Virus record (IMG/VR): IMGVR_UViG_3300023179_000075
Reading direction: 5' to 3' (one strand)
Length of the DNA: 20,000 nucleotides
Source: an uncultured virus (IMG/VR IMGVR_UViG_3300023179_000075)
Lineage: Duplodnaviria; Heunggongvirae; Uroviricota; Caudoviricetes
Shown here: positions 7,953 to 14,198 of the stretch, piece by piece
How positions within the stretch are numbered: position 1 is the stretch's first letter
Layout: every line of letters starts with the position of its first letter
Translations under genes and position numbers: made by a program
The notes under the pieces: generated by a model
Databases searched by the model: none
Told to the model about the DNA's origin: nothing
The model's input: only the letters and a program-made list of their open reading frames with translations

Positions 7953-9707
7953 TTAAAATTTATTGTATCCTGTTAATTTAATGGTTACTATATTTAAATT
8001 GATTCCTAATTGATTACCCTTATTATCACTAGCATCCATATTTGATGTTATTTTGATTTGAGATAATACATCAACTCCACTTCCAATAGAGGAGAATCTT
8101 AATTTGAATGGTATAGTTGCTCCCGTAATTGGAGTTTTTAAATCTTTATCAATTGCTCCAAATTTAACTTTACCTGTTGTTGGATTTACAAATACAAACC
8201 ATGTATTAGGTAGTTCAGACTTAATTTCTTCAAATTTAATTTTAGTTGCATCATATACTACTTCAAACTGTAATGCTGATGTTTTATTTGTTTTTGAGTC
8301 TACTTTAAATGGTATTTCAATATTATCTGATGTTATTGTAATGTTGTTTAAATTAACGTCTATATTTGATATTTCGTTTGGTGTATTAATGAATAAAGGA
8401 GCAGTTACATTAGAATTACTTGCTATTCTATTACTTATAATCTGACCTGTAGTTGTTATTACTTGAGATGAGTGTGAACGATTAATATCTCCTAATATTG
8501 AGTATTTTAGATTAACATTTTGATTTACAGATGATGTTTTAAAATCTACTTTCCAAGAGTTAATAGTAGACCAATTAGTAGTTTTTAAATTATTATACAT
8601 GCTATCTGTAAAGAATGTAAATACACTACTATTGTATGAATTTGCTTGATTAACAGTTAATAGATATCCTGCTCCTGTAACTTGAGCAAATATTTTATTA
8701 ACATCAGCAGCATCAAATATTTTATTATGATCTACATCTGAGGCATAGTAGCTTATACCTGTTTGCATATTTGAGTTACTATATGTTTTGTCTAGATTTT
8801 GATTAATAAACTCAGTTTGGGCTGCTGTAAAATCAGATACTGTTACTGCTTTATCTTGTATAGAATATGCACTGTCTAGTGGTGCCCACGGCATAATAAA
8901 ATATTTAGTATTTGTTTTTAGCCAACTTTGATCTATATTTACAGTACCATCTGATGCTATATTAAAATCCTTTACATCTACTTGTGTAGTACCATCTTGC
9001 GCATATTCTCCAATATACACTTTAGGCATATAACCTATATCTAAATTACTATTATTTTCCATTTTTAATGTCAATAATGAATTAGCAGCAGGATCTAAAA
9101 TAAATGGACATATTTTATTTGTCATAATACTTCCTCCAGCGCCTGATGTAGTTGTAAAGCATGCTGCAAAGTTCATTTTAAGAGGATCGTATGTATAGCC
9201 CGCTTTTGGGCTTAATGCTATAAAGCGAAGTGTAAAAATAATTCCATTATTTAGATTAGCATTAATATTTAGACTAACACGAGTAATTTGTTTAACACTT
9301 GTTAGACTATAAGTATAGTTACTATAGTTATAATTTGTATTACCATTATTAGTTGTGTTTAGAGTTGATTCTAAATAGCTATATCTTGGGTATTCATTTT
9401 TACTGATACTGTAATTACTATTAGGTATTGCTCCACTACCAATAGTAGGAACAATCATATCTATTAACTTAAAAGCATCGTTTTGATGTTGAAAATCAAA
9501 TAGTATTGAGCGGATTTGGTTTGATAATGGTTCTTGATCGTTGTAGTTTCTATTCATTTCAATTACAACATCTACAGTATCTCCTTTACTAATAGTGCCA
9601 CCATTGATATCTTTAGTTACACTTGAAGGGACCCATATTTTAGGCCAGTTTTGACTATAGGAATTAAATCCTATTAATAATAGTAATAATACTAATGTTT
9701 GTTTCAT
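7953..9707 (-). CDS. Secreted multidomain protein with cohesin-like and dockerin-like domains
   Basis: Signal peptide, Ca-binding-loop-like ASDVDHNKIFDAAD and GDINRS, C-terminal cohesin-like IEIPFKVD...SALQFEVVYDATKIKF, and a similar N-terminal beta-sandwich (GDTVDVVIEM...SILFDFQH). Confidence 0.75.
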   Translation of the reverse strand: MKQTLVLLLLLIGFNSYSQNWPKIWVPSSVTKDINGGTISKGDTVDVVIEMNRNYNDQEPLSNQIRSILFDFQHQNDAFKLIDMIVPTIGSGAIPNSNYSISKNEYPRYSYLESTLNTTNNGNTNYNYSNYTYSLTSVKQITRVSLNINANLNNGIIFTLRFIALSPKAGYTYDPLKMNFAACFTTTSGAGGSIMTNKICPFILDPAANSLLTLKMENNSNLDIGYMPKVYIGEYAQDGTTQVDVKDFNIASDGTVNIDQSWLKTNTKYFIMPWAPLDSAYSIQDKAVTVSDFTAAQTEFINQNLDKTYSNSNMQTGISYYASDVDHNKIFDAADVNKIFAQVTGAGYLLTVNQANSYNSSVFTFFTDSMYNNLKTTNWSTINSWKVDFKTSSVNQNVNLKYSILGDINRSHSSQVITTTGQIISNRIASNSNVTAPLFINTPNEISNIDVNLNNITITSDNIEIPFKVDSKTNKTSALQFEVVYDATKIKFEEIKSELPNTWFVFVNPTTGKVKFGAIDKDLKTPITGATIPFKLRFSSIGSGVDVLSQIKITSNMDASDNKGNQLGINLNIVTIKLTGYNKF

Positions 9708-9717
9708 ACTTCAGTTT

Positions 9718-10230
9718 TTATAGTATACGATAAGCCATAACAACGCAAGTTTTCTTGATTGCGTTTCTTACCATAACTGAGCTAAAGGTTCCCCCTTCCG
9801 CTACTATTCCTGTTGACGAAACTACTTCTCCTGATTTGTCTGTAACTGAGGTTGATTTTACTACCTTTCCGTTTTCGGTAACGGTACCCTGTATTGTAAT
9901 AATGATTTTGTTTTCATTTTTATGAAATACAGACATATTACTTTTAGTTTGCTCGTAGTCGAAATAAACTATTTCTACATCGAGTACTTGATCTGCTTCA
10001 AATCTATCTACGAGTATCCATCCTCGGTCTTGGGCTACTTCTTCAAGTATATTTTTAACTCCAAATGATAAATTCTGATTGCCCGTGAGGGGGCCAACTT
10101 TAATGTTGTTTGTGACGCTGTTTACACACAGTTTAGTAGGATTATTGTGGGATCTTTTCATTTTATGTTTATCACCCACAAAACCTACCATTAGGAATGC
10201 TGCGAGAACAACTAAAATGAAGTGTCTCAT
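9718..10230 (-). CDS. Exported protein, possible CsgG/LptE/TolB-N-like alpha-beta domain
   Basis: Likely start M18 at 10230 gives a signal peptide. Motif LSFGVKNILEEVAQDRG..ADQVLDVEIVYFD. Confidence 0.65.
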   Translation of the reverse strand: MRHFILVVLAAFLMVGFVGDKHKMKRSHNNPTKLCVNSVTNNIKVGPLTGNQNLSFGVKNILEEVAQDRGWILVDRFEADQVLDVEIVYFDYEQTKSNMSVFHKNENKIIITIQGTVTENGKVVKSTSVTDKSGEVVSSTGIVAEGGTFSSVMVRNAIKKTCVVMAYRIL

Positions 10231-10270
10231 AATTTTATAATGGTTACCTATAAATATGTAGAGACAACAA

Positions 10271-10294
10271 TAGGGAAACATTTCTGCTTCCCTA
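10271..10294 (-). terminator. Hairpin just downstream of tmRNA (terminator or processing stem)
   Basis: TAGGGAAGCA-GAAA-TGTTTCCCTA followed by TTGTTG. Confidence 0.55.
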
Positions 10295-10305
10295 GTTTAA
10301 ATTTG

Positions 10306-10725
10306 TGGAGATGCGCGGATTCGAACCGCGGTCTCCGTAAGTACAAATATGTACAGCTTCTCACACGCTTAGTACTGTATTGCTACTGCACCGTAGTAGG
10401 GCTACCGATTTGGTAACAGTCCACCACTTAGTTGATTCGGGTTCAACCAAGAAAACCTTTAGAGATCACCTACCAAAGGTAAATGATTAACTTGCAACTT
10501 ACTGTTTCACCCAAGTTGCCAGAGAAAGAAAAGATCCAAAGATCTTAGGCAGCCATAGCCATTTCTACATTAGCAAAAGCCATGTTAATGATACGAGCAC
10601 CTTCTTCTTGACGAGCGATTTTGTTGTCGTTTAAATTGTTTGCATCATGATTAAAGAGAGTGAATGCCATGTCTCTGCGTGTATACATATCCATCTCATA
10701 CGGATCAAATGCCTATGCCATCCCC
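10306..10725 (-). ncRNA. ssrA: tmRNA (one-piece, 420 nt, CCA not encoded), tag (A)DNKIARQEEGARIINMAFANVEMAMAA at 10628..10545
   Basis: Acceptor stem GGGGATG/CATCTCC-A with G3.U70 Ala determinant, T-arm CGCGG-TTCGAAT-CCGCG, pk1-like AGAGA/TCTCT plus CATG/CATG, resume context TTAAAC|GAC, tag ending AA-TAA. Confidence 0.92.
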
Positions 10726-11022
10726 GTGTTTTGATTTTTTATCTATTACTTTTTTTATCTCAGCACATAATTCGTATTCTTCTACTTCAATCATATCTTT
10801 AAGACAATTGCTGAGTAATTCGCTGTACTGTGATTTTTCAATATTAAATGTTAATTCGCTCATGTCTTTGAATGTGATATCAAATATATCAATATCTGCT
10901 TTATTTCGCTTATATGCGCTCATCACACACTTAACCATCTTTTTGATTAAGTCGGGGTCACGTTGTTTAAGCAACGTGTAGAATTCGCTTGCGTTTTTCA
11001 GATGTAAACAATGACATGCCAT
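10705..11022 (-). CDS. 105-aa protein with C-terminal UvrB/UvrC (UVR) coiled-coil motif, paralogue of 13544..13861
   Basis: True start is likely M34 at 11022, because the track start lies inside the tRNA-like T-arm. Motif MIEVEEYELCAEIKKVI. Confidence 0.75.
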   Translation of the reverse strand: MACHCLHLKNASEFYTLLKQRDPDLIKKMVKCVMSAYKRNKADIDIFDITFKDMSELTFNIEKSQYSELLSNCLKDMIEVEEYELCAEIKKVIDKKSKHGDGIGI

Positions 11023-11035
11023 GATTATAATTATT

Positions 11036-11078
11036 AAAAAGAGTGTAGTAGGAGCTAGCTTCCTTGAGGTTACTACAC
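11036..11078 (-). terminator. Hairpin with U-tract downstream of the tRNA array
   Basis: GTGTAGTA/TACTACAC 8-bp stem with an inner GGAAGCTAGCTCC hairpin, followed by TCTTTTT. Confidence 0.45.
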
Positions 11079-11094
11079 ATTTTATCCTCTTTAG

Positions 11095-11250
11095 CTGACA
11101 GGGGAGGACTTGAACCTCCATGCAGCGATTCAGTAAATAACATAATTAGCCGGCTTTGTGGTCAACCCATACTACTTACCTATTTCGTGATCTGCGGCGC
11201 CTAGACGGGGCGCTGTGTATTCCATAGCGTACGCATTTCACCACCTGTCA
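11095..11250 (-). ncRNA. Atypical 156-nt tRNA-like RNA (nominal anticodon GTC/Asp, expanded D-loop, 77-nt variable region)
   Basis: Acceptor TGACAGG/CCTGTCA+G, D-stem GTG/CAC, anticodon arm GCGCC-CCGTCTA-GGCGC, T-arm GGAGG-TTCAAGT-CCTCC. Confidence 0.8.
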
Positions 11251-11256
11251 ATATAA

Positions 11257-11389
11257 AAAAAGAACTAGCGACGGGCGTTGAATCTAACCTACGCACAGTG
11301 AGGTATCCCATCCTCTTCGTTCGCATTGCCTGTTCAATGTGCACACATTCCAGGCTGCCGTGCGTGTCATTTGTTTGCTAGTTCTTTTT
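11257..11389 (-). ncRNA. Unidentified structured RNA A (between tRNA-Gln and the tRNA-like RNA)
   Basis: 13-bp closing stem AAAAAGAACTAGC/GCTAGTTCTTTTT, with internal stems ACGCACGG/CTGTGCGT, GCCTG/CAGGC and GAGG/CCTC. Confidence 0.65.
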
Positions 11390-11390
11390 G

Positions 11391-11461
11391 TTGGGTTACC
11401 AGGACTCGAACCTAAAACGACAGAATCAAAATCTGTAGTGTTGCCATTACACCATAACCCA
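11391..11461 (-). tRNA. tRNA-Gln(TTG)
   Basis: TGGGTTA/TAACCCA acceptor, ACAGA-TTTTGAT-TCTGT anticodon arm, TTCGAGT T-loop, no encoded CCA. Confidence 0.93.
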
Positions 11462-11463
11462 AT

Positions 11464-11564
11464 AAAGATGAGGTCTAGTTGGCCGACTAAACAAAGTTAC
11501 TGGTAGTTAGTATCACGAGTTACACATGATGACGGATACTGCTACCTTGTATTCTCTCATCTTT
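11464..11564 (-). ncRNA. Unidentified structured RNA B (between tRNA-Thr and tRNA-Gln)
   Basis: 9-bp closing stem AAAGATGAG/CTCATCTTT, with internal GGTAG/CTACC, AGTATC/GATACT and TAGT/ACTA stems. Confidence 0.55.
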
Positions 11565-11565
11565 G

Positions 11566-11638
11566 ATCCAGAAACAAGAGTCGAACTTGCGACCTGCTGA
11601 TTACAAATCAGCTGCTCTACCAACTGAGCTATTCTGGA
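11566..11638 (-). tRNA. tRNA-Thr(TGT)
   Basis: TCCAGAA/TTCTGGA acceptor, GCTC/GAGC D-stem, GCTGA-TTTGTAA-TCAGC anticodon arm, TTCGACT T-loop, no encoded CCA. Confidence 0.93.
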
Positions 11639-11642
11639 GTTT

Positions 11643-11763
11643 GCAACTTTTAGAATACCACCAGAGTTGCTAACTGTGCCGTCCTACGATACGGAGGAAA
11701 TTTCTGTCAATGAGCACACTACAGGCCTCATATTCCCGTCTTCGTCGTTCCACGTTCGAACGA
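11643..11763 (-). ncRNA. Possible structured RNA C upstream of tRNA-Thr
   Basis: GC-rich intergenic stretch with stems TCGTTC/GAACGA, ACGG/CCGT, ATGAG/CTCAT and GCAACT/AGTTGC. Confidence 0.4.
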
Positions 11764-11771
11764 TTATAAGT

Positions 11772-11981
11772 TTAAGCTGTTACTACCTGAGCAATTTTAG
11801 ATTCAGATGCTGCTTTTACTTCAAATGCATCTTCACCATGCTCGGTTAAATATTGTACTGTTCTAGCTTCTGCTTCTGTCACTGACATTGCATCTACTAA
11901 ATACGCTACGTTTTCTTTTTTTACTTTACCTCTTTCGTCTTCTGTTCTAAATTGAACTTTTACTTGGAAAAATTGTGCCAT
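11772..11981 (-). CDS. DUF4494-family protein (short form)
   Basis: Signature G.VKK....YLVDAMSVTEAEAR. The family is characteristic of Bacteroidota and their phages. Confidence 0.85.
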   Translation of the reverse strand: MAQFFQVKVQFRTEDERGKVKKENVAYLVDAMSVTEAEARTVQYLTEHGEDAFEVKAASESKIAQVVTA

Positions 11982-11984
11982 GTT

Positions 11985-12275
11985 TTATTGTTTTTCGTAT
12001 ACTGAATAATCATATAATTGTGCTCTATATTTCAATAGTGCTTTTGCTAATTTGCCTCTGTTTTTCATTTCATCGTATGTTTCATCTTCTAATCGTTGTG
12101 GAGGAAGACCCATATAATAATCAATATTATCATTGGTTAATTGTACTTCATCTGCAAACATCATCATCTTAATGAAATTTAGTGAACCAGTCATTCTTAC
12201 ACCTGCTTTAGCAGCTTGTTTAATTTCTGATGGGATTTGAAAGTCAACATATTTTTGTGCTAATTCGTAACTCAT
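11985..12275 (-). CDS. Hypothetical protein (96 aa)
   Basis: ORF track. Tight spacing with neighbours. Confidence 0.7.
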   Translation of the reverse strand: MSYELAQKYVDFQIPSEIKQAAKAGVRMTGSLNFIKMMMFADEVQLTNDNIDYYMGLPPQRLEDETYDEMKNRGKLAKALLKYRAQLYDYSVYEKQ

Positions 12276-12295
12276 ATTTATTGTTTTTATTTTAA

Positions 12296-12898
12296 TTATT
12301 CAAATATTCCTAATGCTTTCATATTTGCTATTTGTTCATCATTTAAGTCCCACTCAAATGGTTTTGCTAATGGTGGTGATGAATCTTCTACACTACGTAT
12401 TTGACTTGGTGTTAATACCTCTCCAACATACAAGTAATAGCAATTATAGCATGTTTGTTCTAGATTATCAAGTAGATAATTACATTTATTATTATCTTTA
12501 AAATGTAAAAGTAATGGAATTTTAAAGTCTGTTACTCTACGTTCACTAAATCCACAAACATAACATTCATCTCTTAAATAACCCTCAGCTACTAATCTTG
12601 TTTTTATCTTTTCTGGGGTGAATGATTCCCATCCAGTACCTGTTAAGACAATATTTTTAACATTCGGTTCTTTACGTTTGTTAGGTAAGAACTTAGGAAT
12701 GCCTTTGCCATTTTGATTTTTATGAGCTTCAAATAAAGTTGGTGAATTAGGATCTGAATCATCTACTCTAAGTACCTTCATAAAAGGCTTAAGGTGATGA
12801 TATGAACATCCTAAATACTTAGCAGCTGCTCTCACTGATTTAGTGTAGCGCATTGCTGTTTCTATTTGAAACTTAGTAAGTGGTTTTGCAGCCGGCAT
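12296..12898 (-). CDS. HTH plus degenerate HNH/Zn-finger protein
   Basis: N-terminal HTH-like SVRAAAKYLGCSY, then CYVCG...LLLHFKDNNKCNYLLDNLEQTCYNCY. Confidence 0.8.
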   Translation of the reverse strand: MPAAKPLTKFQIETAMRYTKSVRAAAKYLGCSYHHLKPFMKVLRVDDSDPNSPTLFEAHKNQNGKGIPKFLPNKRKEPNVKNIVLTGTGWESFTPEKIKTRLVAEGYLRDECYVCGFSERRVTDFKIPLLLHFKDNNKCNYLLDNLEQTCYNCYYLYVGEVLTPSQIRSVEDSSPPLAKPFEWDLNDEQIANMKALGIFE

Positions 12899-12901
12899 AA
12901 T

Positions 12902-12932
12902 AAAAAATAACGGGACCCTAAGTCCCGTTATT
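12902..12932 (-). terminator. Intrinsic terminator
   Basis: AATAACGGGAC-TTAGG-GTCCCGTTATT 11-bp stem running into a T tract. Confidence 0.75.
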
Positions 12933-12939
12933 GGGGGGA

Positions 12940-13083
12940 TTATTTTATAGACTCTACTTTTACTGAGTCTACTTTTACTGTACTGTCAACTTTAGTTGAA
13001 TCAGTTGAGGTTGGAGTGCTAGTTGCAGCACCACCACATGAGGCTAAAGCCACGATCATTGCGATTGCGATAACTGTTTTCAT
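12940..13083 (-). CDS. 47-aa lipoprotein (not in ORF track): MKTVIAIAMIVALASCGGAATSTPTSTDSTKVDSTVKVDSVKVESIK
   Basis: Read manually. Lipobox LASC, A-rich leader, followed by a terminator. Confidence 0.85.
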   Translation of the reverse strand: MKTVIAIAMIVALASCGGAATSTPTSTDSTKVDSTVKVDSVKVESIK

Positions 13084-13112
13084 TTTGTTTGTTTATTTTT
13101 GTTTGATTAAAT

Positions 13113-13541
13113 CTATGCTTTCTTTTTTGCCTTCCCAATTTTATCTTGGATTATTTTTATTAAATACCAAAGATCGGTTGGGGAAACGAGGGGAACTATA
13201 TTCCCGTCTTCATCTACTAATTCATTAGTTGAACCATCTTCATTTATACGTTCATATAGATAGAAGAATATTAATTCACATGCTTCTTTTGGGTATAGTA
13301 ATCCTAATAACCCATCAATTACTGAGTAGAATTTATCATCATATTTAGTAAAATCTAAACCTAAATCTCCACCCATTATCATAGAACGTATTTCTATTTC
13401 ATCTAATATTTGAATGAGTTTTGTAAATTTTTCTTTTTGAAAATCCTCGTCTGTTTTTTTCTTACGTCTTAGAGACGTATCAGCACCAATAATATCCTCA
13501 ATAGACTTTTTAATACCTTCCGCGTGGGGGTCTTTTTCCAT
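13113..13541 (-). CDS. Hypothetical phage protein (142 aa)
   Basis: ORF track. Tight spacing with neighbours. Confidence 0.75.
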   Translation of the reverse strand: MEKDPHAEGIKKSIEDIIGADTSLRRKKKTDEDFQKEKFTKLIQILDEIEIRSMIMGGDLGLDFTKYDDKFYSVIDGLLGLLYPKEACELIFFYLYERINEDGSTNELVDEDGNIVPLVSPTDLWYLIKIIQDKIGKAKKKA

Positions 13542-13543
13542 AA

Positions 13544-13861
13544 CTACAGTTTGTTTATTAAATCTCTAATTTCAGCACATTTATTATAATCTTCCTTTTC
13601 AACAAAATAACTAATAGTGTGTTCTAGGGTTGGTTTCCATTTATTTTTCTCTAAATCAATATAACAATCTGAATTTGCTACTTCAAATAAAGATATAGAT
13701 TTTTTATTTTTCTCTATTCCATCTTTAATAGCAACAACAGTCTCTTCAATTACTACCTCTATTATTTCAGGTATTTCTGTTAGTTGGGAGTAATCCTCTC
13801 TACCATTCATTACAACCTTGAATATAGGTATTTTTCTCCTCATCTTTCGAGTTTTAATCAT
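13544..13861 (-). CDS. Protein with C-terminal UVR motif, paralogue of 10705..11022
   Basis: FVEKEDYNKCAEIRDLINKL. Upstream ISLFEV..IDLEKNKW aligns with IDIFDI..FNIEKSQY. Confidence 0.75.
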   Translation of the reverse strand: MIKTRKMRRKIPIFKVVMNGREDYSQLTEIPEIIEVVIEETVVAIKDGIEKNKKSISLFEVANSDCYIDLEKNKWKPTLEHTISYFVEKEDYNKCAEIRDLINKL

Positions 13862-13876
13862 AACTAATTATTAAAA

Positions 13877-14176
13877 TTAAATTGCTTCTTCTGGAGGCGC
13901 TTCAGCTCCACCTGTAATAGCTTTCTTAATTAATAACTTAATATCAGCTATTGGAATTAAGAATCCTATAACATTTGCGTATGGAACGTCTGTATCTTGA
14001 CTAACGGTAAGATTGTATTGTTGTAATCCATTATTTAGTCTAGCTTGTAATTTCTGAGTCATCTCTGCTTTAGCATCACCCTCTAGTGTTTGTGGCAGCA
14101 CAAATTGTACTTTAATACCCTTTTTAGTTGGATTATGATTTACGTCGATTTTTAATTTTGGTTTATTATCAGCCAT
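13877..14176 (-). CDS. Hypothetical protein (99 aa)
   Basis: ORF track, with an ATATTTATA motif upstream. Confidence 0.75.
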   Translation of the reverse strand: MADNKPKLKIDVNHNPTKKGIKVQFVLPQTLEGDAKAEMTQKLQARLNNGLQQYNLTVSQDTDVPYANVIGFLIPIADIKLLIKKAITGGAEAPPEEAI

Positions 14177-14198
14177 TGTTTATGTTTATATATAAATA

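Noticed and set aside
10222..10981. Plus-strand ORFs 10222..10416 and 10664..10981
   Set aside because: They are antisense to the tmRNA and to a better-supported ORF, with no recognisable motifs.
11023..11121. N-terminal 33 aa of track ORF 10705..11121
   Set aside because: This segment overlaps the tRNA-like T-arm and a hairpin. The ATG at 11022 gives a length matching the paralogue.
11120..11196. Group I intron or bulge-helix-bulge intron in the tRNA-like RNA
   Set aside because: It is too short for a group I core, lies in the variable arm, and shows no clear BHB motif.
11200..11210. CTA in the anticodon loop read as an amber suppressor or sign of genetic-code reassignment
   Set aside because: The stem register centres GTC, not CTA. 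ORFs are intact in code 11 and TAG serves as a stop at 4608.
11257..11389. Firm call as a theta/HDV-like ribozyme
   Set aside because: L3 and P1 deviate from consensus and a stronger competing 8-bp stem exists. It is kept only as a testable alternative.
11690..11710. Plus-strand GGAGGAAATTTCTG resembling the RNase P RNA motif GAGGAAAGUCC
   Set aside because: It is on the wrong strand for the array, the other conserved regions are absent and the space is too short.
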